Assembly: GCF_004010195.1 (NCBI RefSeq)
Contig: NC_057711.1
Span: 76,703,674-76,767,673, forward strand
From: Chiloscyllium plagiosum
Taxonomy: Eukaryota
Direction: 5' to 3'
DNA: 64,000 nucleotides
Shown here: piece by piece, positions 49,813 to 62,400 of the stretch
Layout of the letters: each line of letters opens with the position of its first letter
Position numbering within the stretch: position 1 is the stretch's first letter
Program-made: the position numbers and the translations under genes
Notes under the pieces: generated by a model
The model's input: only the letters and a program-made list of their open reading frames with translations
Databases searched by the model: none
What the model was told of the DNA's origin: nothing

Positions 49813-49971
49813 CAGAGGAACCTTGATTATCCAGCATTTGATTATCCGAACAAGATTGCAAGGACCCAATGCTTGACTAAACTGTGTTATCCAGTATTCG
49901 ATTATCTGGCATTCATTTATTCAAATGAAATACTCCCTGCCTGTGTTCTTTGGATAATCGAAGTTCCTCTG
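49813..49971. mobile_element. Tigger/pogo-like MITE
   Basis: TA|cagaggaaccttgattatcc...ggataatcgaagttcctctg|TA; same family as 27939-28112. Confidence 0.88.
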
Positions 49972-50229
49972 TACCTGGTGAATCAGGGAAATTGGCATCA
50001 TTCAGCATTAGTACCATTCTAAGCAAAAAAAAAATTAACAATGAGTTTAGATTGAATATCTTTCTTTCATTAGTCATTCTTTCCTCTTACAAATCTTTAG
50101 GCTTATGAAATTAGTGATTTGTGTTGACCTAATCATTTTTCCTGTTTTACCTAGTCTACTTTTTCATACTGTTCAACATTGTCCTGCAATACAGACATTG
50201 ATCTTTCATCATGATTTCTCAATTAAAAA

Positions 50230-50690
50230 CAAAATGGATGTGGTTCAGGAAGACTGGGCTGAAAGATTGAGGAGACTGAGCCAATATTCTTGAAGAGTTT
50301 AGAAAAATGAGAGATGATCTCACTGAAGTCTTTCAGGGCTTGACAAGGTAGAACAGGAAGTATGTTTCTCTGGGGTGGGAGTGTTCTAGAGCCAGTGGAC
50401 ACAGTCTCAGAATAAGAGGGAGGCCACGTAAGACTGAGATAAGGAAAAATTTCTTCATTCAAATAATATTGTGTCTTTGAAATTCTGTACACCAGAGGGC
50501 TGTGGACCCCAAGCCATTAGTTATATTCAGTACAGAGATTGACAAGTTTCTGGATATCAAATATATCATGGGAATAGTGTGAGAAAGCGGCTTTGACTTT
50601 CAAAATCAACTTTCCACTAGTTAAATGGCAGAGCATACTCAAACTTATACACTTCCACACTCCTATTTCCTTTGTTCACAATATTGATGT
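50230..50690 (+). mobile_element. Old CR1 3' fragment
   Basis: gaaagattgaggagactg...gatctcactgaagtc...agtctcagaataagagg...ctcctatttcct. Confidence 0.65.
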
Positions 50691-52902
50691 TAACAGCCTG
50701 TACTGAACTAAATATTCTATTGCTGTTGGCAATATTATTCACGATAGTCGAATAAAGGCAAAATACTGATGGTGCTGAAAATCTGAAGCAAATACAGGTA
50801 AATGCTGGAGAAAGTTGGCATGTCTGGTGGTAGTGATAGATTTATAGACTAGCATAGCCCTGAAACTGCACTTCTGTTCAAAATATAATTCTACTGAGAA
50901 TCAGCTAAATTTTGTTCAGCACTTCTTTAATATATATTCATAATGAACTCTGAGGAATCTTAGCACCTAATACCTATAAACAGTGTACAAATTGAGGGAG
51001 ATTGAGGGCGGGTTACTAAAGATTTATCATTTGAAATGTCACTGATATTTGGCACAGGTCATCCTGTTTTCTTTTGGTTTTGAGAGAAGGGCCTTATGAG
51101 AGGTGAACTTGACAGTGAATGTCTGCTTCCATTATTCCCTGTACAGCTACTCCCTATCAGAAGAGATTTACAACATTTTTAAAGACAGTGGTAGCCTTGT
51201 GCATTGCTTTATGGTCATGATACTGCACTAGTAACCCTGAGATTATAATTTCCATTTAATAAAGAACTGAATTTCCAGCATTCTTTCATGAATTTGCTAG
51301 TCAAATGGGCCTACTCCATATAGTTCCTGAAGTGGGGTAATTAGTTACTCAGTTGCAAGGCAGCAGTGTAAAACTGTAAATATAAAGCAGACTTACTGAC
51401 AAAGCACGATTAATATTCAGATATTTCCAACCAGTTGGTCTTACAAATTCCTCATCAATTAATTGGAAAGTGAAGCGTATTTTGGGAAATTTTATAACCA
51501 TCTAAAATGAATGAAGCTGCACCACTGACAAATGAAGCTGCAGCCTAATGTTGTAATATTCATAGAATCATACCTATCAGCTTATATTCGATTCTCCTTC
51601 GTTACTGCACAATGGTACGTCTTGTCTCATCAGTTACATTCACAAAATCAATGTTGGGGAAACAATGATCTCCAGTCACATATGCTTGACACTGCAAGGA
51701 TTCAATATTGATTTCAGACCTTTGTTCAGCCAGGCTGATTTATTACATAACTCAGGAAGTAGTTGATGAGAAACACCATGGACAAAACCTTTCCTTCCAT
51801 AATATGGTGAGTGGAATGATGAGAAAGATGGAAAAAAATATGATATGAATGAAAATTCAGACTCAATGTCAAGAAAAAGTTCCCAATTTTCCCCTCAAAC
51901 CCTAAATTGCAATTTTAGAATATTGTCTTTGAACAGTGATGACCTCATTTCCAAACATTTACATCTTATTAAAACCACAACTTATCTTACTTATAGGCCA
52001 CTTCTAATTGTCCTTTCTTCTACTGTAAAATTAGATGATTCAAATTCCAGAGAGGTAAAAGACAACAGTCACTTAGTGGCTGCAGCTGTCTGAAAGATTG
52101 TCCTGGCCATTATTAAACTGTGTCTTCAGATGTCCCTTCATGTTTCATGGCCACCATCCTCCTTGTAAGATAGGTTTGGCAATCCATCCATTGTGTCTGT
52201 TTTTAGGCCTTCAACATTTTCTTTGCAGCTCAGCAGCACTTATAACTTGCATGCTTCTACCACATCACTTTGTGCATAGGAACAGACATGTATTTTGTGC
52301 ATCTACAGTAGTTGCTTTTGTTTGGACACAGACATGGACACAGACTTATTGCTCTTAGGTTACCTTCTAATATCTTACTCATTGTAGCACTTACTTGGAG
52401 ACTGCCTGTGTGGCTCATTTTTTTTTAAATGTATGTTTCTTACTTCGATTAACTTACAGGTTACACAAGGTCTTTAGTGCTCAGTCCAGGCTGCCGGCCT
52501 CAGTGACATGCAATGCTTTTTCACTTAGAGGGAGAGGCAGGCAGTTTGTGATGGTTGTAGGCATGGGGTTGAGGGGTGAAAAGTCAATCTATTAGGCAGA
52601 CAGAGATGGACAGTACTACAGTGCTGCATCGTGCGGTACCGTGCTGCATCAATATCAGAGTTACAGCATGTGCAAGCAGCTTCAGTGCCTGAAACTGTAT
52701 GTGTTTCAAGTAAATGGTGATGTGTGAAAGTCAAAGGATGAAGGGACACTGCAGTCAGTCAATAGGGTCATATCTGTTTACACTATGGGACCACGGTCAG
52801 TTAGGTGCTTGGTCCTATCAGACCCTGTGGTCCTGTGTGCTTGCAGTCTCGAGATTTGCCACACTTAGTCTTGCAGATCAAGTGCAACACTCTGGGCTCA
52901 CA

Positions 52903-52987
52903 GAAGGGCTTATGCCCGAAACGTCGATCCTCCTGCTCCTTGGATGCTGCCTGACCTGCTGCGCTTTTCCAGCACCACATTTTTCAA
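52903..52987 (+). mobile_element. Penelope-like terminal-repeat fragment (hammerhead 3' half intact)
   Basis: gaaGGGC-ttat-GCCC-GAAAC-GTC-gat...gatgctgcctgacctgctgcgcttttccagcacc; the 5' CUGA is missing. Confidence 0.75.
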
Positions 52988-53272
52988 TGAGACAAAAAGA
53001 GGGATTAGGTAGATGAAAGTGGATGCAGATGCAGTTAGTGATCATGCGTGAGCAGGATAGCTAGTGAGGTCCCCAGTGATTAGAAAGGAAGCACAGAGGC
53101 CAGGTAGCTTTAGTAATTCTAGAGGATGAAGTGGGTGACAGCCATTGAGAGGATATGATGCATGCAATACTGAGACCTGCTGTCTTTGAGCATTGGTAAG
53201 AGGCATAAATACTGCCTGATTTAGATTGGATATGTCCCCGTGACTGTAGCTAGCAGGGAGAAGATGGTGACA

Positions 53273-53516
53273 CTTAGTCTTGTGTAGTGTGGAAGATTAT
53301 TTATCTTATTTCTGCTTTACTAGGCATTGAATTTCATTCAGGATAAGACATTGATCTGTGCTGCAATCTATGTTCTGGCAGGCTTGCTTTAGTGGTATGG
53401 CCTCCTGTGATATTTGGAGTGATAAAAATTGCACACGTCACCACCACCCCATTCACCAACACCTCCAGGACACTGTCCATGAAGCAGGGAGCTAGCTTGT
53501 CTTGCTTCAGCGACAT
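53273..53516 (-). pseudogene. Harbinger Myb/SANT-like DNA-binding gene relic (exon 1)
   Basis: MSLKQDKLAPCFMDSVLEVLVNGV, then a frameshift, RRP..SKPART*IAAQINVLS...SRNKINNL and a decayed donor (c)taagt. Fits the APxFxDxxLEVLV...AWxEIAxxVN...QCRKKxNDL pattern of NAIF1/MSANTD-type proteins. Confidence 0.65.
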
Positions 53517-53829
53517 GTCTTCAATACTGATAATTGTGAGGAGCCATTCCGAGCTTGCAGCATTAGAAGTGGAGTGCAGCTGGGCATTGAATATGGCATC
53601 AGAGACATGTACACTGGAATCACTGGCCAGCGGCAAACAATCAGATCCCTCCAGCCATGTGATTCTTTGAGAAAAGTATCCAAGAGCTCAGTTTCATAAT
53701 TAAGTGTGGAAGATTGAGAAAATTCATTCCAGGCCATGTTGAGTTGGACACAGTGAACATACCCATCAATAAACTTTTAATAGCAAGTGACAAAATTTTG
53801 TCTTATATGTACAATAATGTTGAGGCTGT

Positions 53830-54560
53830 AATACTGTAGACATATTGCACTGAAACTAACTGGTCCCCTATCAAGTTATTCCTATCCAGGCGCAGCATCA
53901 GCAGCTGTACACAATGTGAAAATTTATTTAGATATTTAAATCTATAAATATCAAGACACATTCAAGCCGACCAATGACCTTCCTATCAGTCTCTTCCTAA
54001 CAATTAACAAAATGATGGCAGATGGCACCAGCATTGCTATCAAGTTACCATAGAATGTCCACTGTATCTCAGTCAGGGTCTGCCACAGTCACTGTGCTCT
54101 AACCCTTTTTCAACACCATGGATACCAAATTGGAATGCCAGGTGGGAGATGAGCATTACTCCACTAAATAAGGCGGCATTTCACCATTTATAGCACCAAA
54201 GATACATGGCAAAATTCAGTGAATTAGTGGATGAGTTGTTGAGGTTGTACCCTGCCAGATAATGGGTAGGATCTTAAGAGGCCATTTGTTGCAGTCCTAG
54301 GACATGATTTCAGATGTTCTTCAGAACAACATCCTCTGACCAAACATTTTCTGCTACTTCATTAACAATCTTTCATGTTTACATGGTCAGAAGTGAGGTT
54401 GTTTTCTGGCATCGAAGATCTGACCAGCAGCTCTTCTCAAGCATCCCATTTCACCCTAGATCAGAACTTAAGTAATATCTCAGCTTGGAAAGGTTACAGA
54501 CAACATTGATGCTTCATCAGCACCAAGCAATCACATCTCCATAAGGATGCCTATTGTTTT
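53830..54560 (+). mobile_element. Old CR1-clade LINE RT relic (second family)
   Basis: Degenerate PISLFLTINKMM and FCYFINNL motifs, gtcagaagtgagg shared with 58960-59420. Confidence 0.5.
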
Positions 54561-57500
54561 TTTGGACAAAGTTCACCAAATTCCTGGGAGTGTACACTCA
54601 AGAAACAAGAATTGATTAGTGCCTTGCTCATTAACTCAGTAGTCAGTACTGCTGCACTGTCGCTTTCAAGTGTGTTATCTATTTAGTGTGGCAGCCTTGT
54701 GAGCTCTAGCCATTCCTTCACTCTTACATTATCAAACATGGGAAAATAGGGCACAACCAAAAACAAGGAAGTGTTACCATAGTCCTCTTGCTGTAAATCA
54801 TTAATGAACTATTTTAAATCTCCTGCTACTGGAAGAACACTAGTCTGAAATGGAACACAAAAGTAAGCACTAACAACTTTTGAGAACATTTATTTAGTCT
54901 TTGTACATATAGTGGCGCTGGGCAGGGCTGGTGCAGCTTGCATTCTGTCCAGTGCATAGTTCAACATTGCATTAGATCCCGATGTATGTTGTAACATCAC
55001 AATTCATATTGGCGAAGGAGACCCTACCTCCCTGTTTTCCACAGGCACCTTTCTCACTCATATAAAAGCTCCCATCAAAATAAGGATTACCCAGATATCA
55101 CAGGTAAGGGAGCAATATGTACTGCATCAATATTTTCATTGCATTACCTCATTTTCTCAAACAAAACTGAGGATGGAAAGCAGTCCGAGAGGCTATATGT
55201 CAATCATACTCTGAATCTTAATAGTAATGTGATAACTTGTGATAAACATGTTGCTTTTTTTCAGACATGTCATTTCATTTATGACACTTTCAGACTGGGA
55301 GTTGGAAAGTAGTCATGGCTGTACATTGTTTGCTCAAATCCTGGAGGCAATCAATTAAAATGCCATTTCTAAGAGCCCCATCAAATTAAGCATGATGTGC
55401 AAGCCAGCAAAGAAGGTAGCCTGCTGCCCAGTCCGGAGTCATACCAAGAGATATAGGAGCAGTTGAATCAGGCTGGATGCCATCAAGTTGCCTCAAATAA
55501 AGGTACTCTGCAACATTGATGTTTTTTTCATGAGCATTGCTGTCAGGGGTTCATTGTCAAAGGGCTCTCACTGAGACAAAGTCCAGACTCTGACTTCTGC
55601 AAAGCAGCCATTTGTCTTGGTAAGTGTCCAGGGAGCCATTAAATTTCTTCCAATTGACCCATTACGGGCTTAGTTGTCTGCCTGCAGTTGCCTTTCACCC
55701 TACCTCCAGCAAGATCATTTGAAGACAGGAATGTGTCACAGAGCTGGTCCAAATTGCTAAATTCAGACTTCACTTCCAGTTGACCTCGAAACATAGAATT
55801 GGGAAAACTTTGCTTATTGCCATGGGAGGGAGACATGAGGTCTTCTATCAGGAGGTCAATATTTTGTCTTAGTCAGTTTATCATCATCAATTCTATAATT
55901 CTAGTGATCATCATGAATGATTTGACAACAGTGCAGATTGAATTTGTGTCATGTAATGCTGTGATTTTCTTTTTTTGTTTTTATTGTAAGATTTAATTGA
56001 AATAATTATTTAAAATAATACGCTTTTTGTACTTTGAATGATTTTTAATCAGATTGCTGTATATAATATTTAATTTTCAATGAAGATTTTCTGTATTGAA
56101 ATTCAAATTTACAAAATGAATTTAGTAATTATGGTGTTTGAAGCAGAACTGTTGGCTCTAAAGCTTGTACAAATATTTAAATGGGCAAATAAATGGTAGA
56201 ATGTGAGATTTTTGGGGTGAAGGAAATATTTTGTAAATTGCAGTTCCTCCTGAAATAGCAATGAACGTTACATTTGTGGATTAGTGATTATATTTATTGC
56301 TATGACCCCAATATACTGTACCAGCACTTCAACTGATATAAAAGCCTGAATGTATTTGAAAAAGGTAGTATTTCTTTTATTTCTAAGCAAGCTAACTTAT
56401 AGTACAATCTTGAAACCAAAGTATAAAACAATGTATTAAAGTGCTCTCATGAATTCATACATCCAGTTTTAAACTAAATGAGGCGAAATCATGTGATTAG
56501 GAGAAAGCTACCAAAATGGATGTCCTTTAAAATGTGTACTGATGATTGATTTACTATGTACCTTGCATTCATGTTTTAATGTCACAAGTGTTCTTGAATA
56601 AAAAAGGAAAACTGCTTCAAATCAGTGTAAACATTGAAAAGTTGAATAAAAAAAACTTTATTATGGTATATCTGGAATAAAGCCTATGCATATATTGCTA
56701 CAAAGATTGTTATGTCTATTGTATCATAAAACTTATGCAGCCAATTTATGAATGCACACCTCCAAAAATAACATTCTAATTAAATTGCCAGAAAGGAAAG
56801 TAACTCCCTACTTAGACATGCCCATTTGGACATGTCGATGTTTAATTATTGTTTGGTAGTACGGAACCTAACCATTCCTGAAAATGAACCCAAGTCAAAG
56901 CTTTTCATCTTGTATTTAACAGAACTAGAATAAAGAAATCAGACTTGAGAGGTAGACTATACTTGGTCAGGGTGTTGCCGTAGAAATGCAGAAGAAATCG
57001 ACAGTCCATGTGAACTCTTTGTCAAGAATAAGTTGCAAAACATGCATTAATTCCTTTTGTCTACATAAAACAGAACCTTATGTTTAACATGCACAAATGC
57101 ATCAGACTGCAAGGCCAACTGATAATCTCACATTGGGTGATGGTGTCTGGATTACATAGCCATTGTTGCCCAGTCAGCAGCATTATATCCAATGTCAGGC
57201 ATGGGGTTCAGAGGCATGTAAACATAAGCTGGTTAAACATGACCAATATGCTTTCTGCTGTGAATCTTTAACAGGTCATGTTGTTTGACAATGGTCTGCC
57301 ATTCTTTGGGACATATAATCTACATGTCTGGCATCATAACATCACTGAAACCCATATATTAAACTATTGGTTTGTGTGGCAGACAGCACACCTTTTGGTC
57401 TGGTGATAGCAACCTAATGGTTGTTTCTTGCATCTGAAACCTGAAGAGTACAAGGCAGAAGGCTTCAACTTTGTGTCTCCTCTTAGCAATAATTAATATT

Positions 57501-57589
57501 AATTTTCTAAATCGAGAATTCCATGATGAGATGATGTATTCAATATATGCAAAGTATGTTTCAATAAAGTCTTATACCATCATTGTACA

Positions 57590-58565
57590 AATTGAAACCA
57601 ATGACATAGGAAGGGAAAAAGATGAGATTCTGAAGAGAGAATATAGAGAGGCAGGAATTTAAAAAGGAGGTCCTCGTGAGTAGCAATGTCTAGATTACTC
57701 CCGGTGCTACGAGGGCGGGAATAGGAGGATAGAGCAGATGAATGCATGGCTGAGGAGCTGGAAGAAGGATTCACATTTTTGGATCATTGGAATCTCTTCA
57801 AGGATAGAAGTGACTTGTACAAGAAGGACGGATTGCACCTGAATTAGAAGGGGACTAATATAGTGTCAGGGAGATTTACTAGAGCTGCTCTAGAGGATTT
57901 AAACTAGTAAGTTTGGGCGGGGGGGGGGGGGGGTGTTGGGTGGTGGGATGCAGGGTGATAATGAGAAAAGAGATCAATCTGAGACTGGTACAGTTGAGAA
58001 AAGAAGCAAGTCTAACAATCAGGGCAGGCAGGGACAAAGCAGAGAACAAGGTAGGATGATAAATTAAACTATTTATTTCAATGCTAGAGGCCTGATAGGG
58101 AAGGCAGATGAACTCAGGGCATGGTTAGGAACATGGGACTGGGATATCATAGCAATTACAGAAACATCGCTCATGGCTGGACAGGATTGGCAACTTAATG
58201 TTCTAGGATACAAATGCTACAGGATGGACAAAAAGGGAGGCAAAAGTGGAGGTGGAATGATGTTTTTGATAAGGGTTAGCATTACAGCTGTACTGAGGCT
58301 GTATATTCCCGGAAACCCATCCAGGGAAGTTATTTGGGTGGAACTGCGAAATAAGAAAGGGATGATCACCTTATTGGGATTGTATTATAAACCCCCTAAT
58401 AGTCAGAGGGAAATTGAGAAACAAATTTGCAAGGAGATCTCAGTTATCTGTAAGAATAACAGGGTGGTTATGGTAGAGGATTTTAACTTTCCAAACATAG
58501 ACTGGGACTGCCATAGTGATAAGGGTTTAGATGGAGAGAAATTTGTTAAGTGTGTACAGGAAAAT
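57590..58565 (+). mobile_element. CR1 ORF1 end + ORF2 endonuclease start
   Basis: KDGLHLN..G (SGNH block V), then ORF 58173 VIWVELRNKKG..GLYYKPPN..VEDFNFP; near-identical to 7560-8160; truncated by a SINE. Confidence 0.9.
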
Positions 58566-58737
58566 TTAGAATGGCCAATTCACCTGACCTGCACATCTTT
58601 GGACTGTGGGAGGAAACCCACACAGGCACAGGGAGAATGTGCAAACCCCACACAGACAGTCATCTGAAGCTGGAATCAAACCTGGGACCCTGGTGCTGTG
58701 AAGCAGCAGTGCTAACCATTGAACCACTATGCCACCC
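58566..58737 (-). mobile_element. HE1-type V-SINE
   Basis: Reverse complement reads ggcatagtggttcaatggttagcactgctgcttcacagc..gggtttgattcc..ttcctcccacagtccaaagatgtgcagg. Confidence 0.85.
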
Positions 58738-58959
58738 TCCACACTAAATGGAACTAACACTTATTAATATCGACTATACAAGCTTGCATACTCATACACA
58801 TAATAGAGGCTTACCCAAAACCTATGTCAGTAATTCGTTTTATGTCTTTTGAAATTATACCAAATTGTCACATATCCCATTTAGTTATGGCATAAGAAAT
58901 CAAAGACATAAAATGAATAGCTATCAGTCTTCAGCATATTCTACAGTTTCATTAATGTT

Positions 58960-59420
58960 TTGCCCTCCACCATAAGGTCAGAAGTAGGAATGTTCACTGG
59001 GGACCACTGTGTTCAGTTTGATTCACAGTTTCTCTGAGAGCAAAGCAGTCCATGCCCATCTGCAGAAAGAACCGGACAACATTCAGGTTTGGACTGATAA
59101 TTGGTGAGTGACATTGATGTAACATAAGTGTCAGGCAATGACCATTTAAAAAAATATATAACCAACAACACTTGATGTTCTGTGACATTACTATTACTAT
59201 CTCCTAATGGTCAGCATTGATCAGAAACTTAATAAGGGTCATTCATTTAAAGGCTACAAGAGTAGATAAGACCTGGGAATTCTACGATGAATAATTTACC
59301 TCCTAACTTCTCAGCGTAAGACCAACATCAACAAGGAACAAGTCAGCAGTTTGATGAAATACTCTACACTTGTCTGAGTGAACACAATTGTAATAATACT
59401 AAAGTAGCCTAACTCTATTC
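58960..59420 (+). mobile_element. Old CR1-clade LINE RT relic (second family)
   Basis: Degenerate NKEQVSSLMKYSTLV, matching the 12260-12560 family. Confidence 0.55.
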
Positions 59421-61699
59421 AAAACAAAGCAGATCATTTAAACAAGAAATGAGTTTTGCTCTGTTTCTCTGAATTAACCACAGCTTTAGCCTCCCACTTC
59501 TATTCTTCCAAACTAATCACAGATTGTGGGCTATGTAGCCATGAGTTGCCAATTAAGGGAAATTATAACTTGTGAAATATTTTGTTAACAGCTTGGCCTA
59601 CTCAATATTCAGCTTGCTATCTTACCAAACAAGCCAAACAAACTAGATGTTAAGAAAATTTGAAATGGAAATCAGGGTGTATAACGGTAGATTCAACTCA
59701 CCGCTTTCTCCAAATGAATTCCATGTTGCACGTGAGCAAATTACAGCTCAGGGCATGATCCACAGTCCCAGCTGCACAGACACTTCATCCCCATTATTGG
59801 CACTTGGTATCTGTCAACCCATCATAGACATCAAGACACCACCTTGACACACTTACAAGCTGGTTACAAAACACAGATTTGCATTGCAGGGTGCACCAGA
59901 AAATTGCATCGAAATACTGCAACAGGGTCACCTTACCTACATGGACAAGCATCTGGCTCATGGATTGGAACAGGCTGCATCAAAGGGTACTCATTAGCTC
60001 ACTCACTTAGCACCAACCTGCCCATTCACATCATCCATGCTTTTTGTATTTGCCATGTGTGTTGGTAACATGTGTGTTAGTGTGTTGTTACTTCCACCAT
60101 GCTCAGCAGGCTGCTTCTCATCGGGGTCCTGGCTGGCGTTGGGAGGCTGACATGTCAGTGTAGGTCAAACCAAGACATCAATCTAACATTTACAGCATGT
60201 GTTAGCTTTCTGCATAACAAATACACTGCACATTCATTCAATCAACGGCCATGTAGGAAATCGGTGGAGGCTATTCCTCATTCCGAGGCTGTAGTCGGTC
60301 AGTGGGTCCCGGTACCATCTGTAATAGGCAAAGTCCATTGTCCAGGGGCTTCATCACGATCAGTCATCCATTTTGGAGGCTCACAGTGAGGGCATCTGCC
60401 CCAGTAAAGTCTGGGATGAGTTCAACAGTGCTGTCATGTCAACACAAGCAGTCAGGGGAATTGCATACAATTAGGGAGATGTAACACAGAGGTCAGCTGT
60501 CATATGTTGGGTTTAAGGTCACTCACAGGTCAGGGGTAAATATAATCCTGTGGGTCCATCTGTTGATTTTTTCAAAGTGGGTCCTGTAGGAACAGCAGGA
60601 GCAGAGGAGGTGGAGGAGTCAAAGCTGAGGACAGAAAGCTGAGGGATTTGTAGAATAGGAATAAGAACAGTGATGGAGGAAACTCAAGGCATTTGGGGGT
60701 ATGCAAAACAACATAAGAGGGTATAAAGGAGCAAGGTGGGCATCATTAAGATGTAATCACTGGATTCAGGTAGGACAGTTGTAGGTGAAGATCAATGCAA
60801 TGGGTCTCCATTTTTAGGTGAGATGGTGGTCAGGGTAATGTGAGGTTAAAGAGGATATGAAAGCTTTAGGGAGGTACCTGGTGACCAAGTAGAGTGCAGC
60901 ATGGATGTTTCCACCATGAGCAGCTTTCACAGCCATTACTTTCTGTTCTCTGGATGTGAAAAGTTACTCGAAAATGGCTGAGACAATGCCCGGTGGGGGA
61001 GGGGGGGAGAGAGAGCCAGTGTCAGTTTAGTAGGAGAAAATGCAGGATTCATATTTGCTGCGTGCTAGGACATTACAGCAATAAAAACATGAAGCAGCCA
61101 TTTATAAAGAACAGCTATGTTTAATTTGCAATCAATTCATTACCACTTTGCAACACAGGCAGAGTAAAGGTGCTTAGGGGTCAGATTCTAGGCAAAGGTG
61201 ATTTGCAAAACACCAGTGGCATATGTAAGATGAATGTGGGCATCTCAGTAATGTTGAAACGATCAGCAATAACAATATAGAAGGGGAGGGGTTCACTCAG
61301 CCAGCATGGCACCATCAGCAAGTTGCCGCAAAGACTGAGGCTGTCTGATGGAGAACATGTCCCAATTAGCCATGTCCAACATATTGTTACTGCGCGGTGA
61401 AGTATTCTCTGCCCTCATCTGCAGGGTATGTCAGCGATGACTCTTCTGAGATCTAATAAACTCCTTTGCTTTTTCTGTTCCTATTGTAGGTCATTTCTGC
61501 CAATAGTGATGCGCTCTGATGTTGGTGGTATGTTGGTCACTGACCTCAGAGCTGAAGGCTGATGCAAGGGTGCCATAGCTGAAGCAAGACCCAAAGCAGT
61601 AGTAGATCCCTGTGGAGGACAAGGTGCACCTAGCTCAAGGAGAGGTCACTGCTTCAGGGAAATTCAGAATGCGTGGGGTGAGCAGTGTGCTCATTTCCA

Positions 61700-62400
61700 T
61701 GGGGATACAATGTCAATGCAGGCTGCATATGTCCTTGGATAGTTTGATAGAACGTTGACAGATGCTGAAGAGAGACCTGCAGGCCACAGGAGTGGGAGGC
61801 CATCCTCTCTCATTGGCTGTGAAGGTGACAGTATCTATGCTACTGGCTCCTTCCAGGGAGTGATAGGTGACCTGTGTGGGATCTCTCAGTTGGACACACA
61901 CAAATGCACCAGAACAGTGACTGATGCCACCTGTGCCAGATCACAATAATTAATCTAGTTCCCAGTGATGAGATCAGGGCTACAGCCCAGGCAGTAGGAT
62001 TCTAAGAATGCAAGGTAGACCATTAAGGACTGAAATTAGGAGAAATTGTTTCGCACAGAGGATAGTAAGTCCTTTGCCACAGAAAACAGTTGAAGCCAAA
62101 ACTTTGAATCTTTTCAAGAAGGAGTTAAATGATCAGCCATGATCATATTGAATGTTGGAACTGGCCTGAAGGGCTGAATGGCCTACTCCTGCCCCTATCT
62201 TCTATGTTCCTATATTTCTAAGGTTCTCTGTAATGCTGACAATGTCTCAAACAGGGTTGCAGTCTCATCGATAATAGGATTGCCAAAGACATAGTACTGC
62301 TGCTTGGACTGATCTGGGGTGAGGGGAGGGAGCCCTCCAATGTAGTCTGGACAGAATGCTCCACACCATCCCAGCATGGCCTGTTCTGTACAACTGGAGC
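61700..62400 (+). pseudogene. Harbinger (HARBI1-like) DDE transposase relic, centre replaced by a CR1 3' fragment (~61990-62215)
   Basis: YATGSFQGVIGDLCGISQLDTHKCTRTVTDA (cf. HARBI1 FYTSGSFQ..GD.IGISQ.S.SRC..VT.A); after the CR1, N....NR.AV...IGL.KT*YCCLD and GALQCSLDRM.HTI.AW.VLYN (cf. RFRCLD..GALQYSP.K..II.ACC.LHN). Confidence 0.85.
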
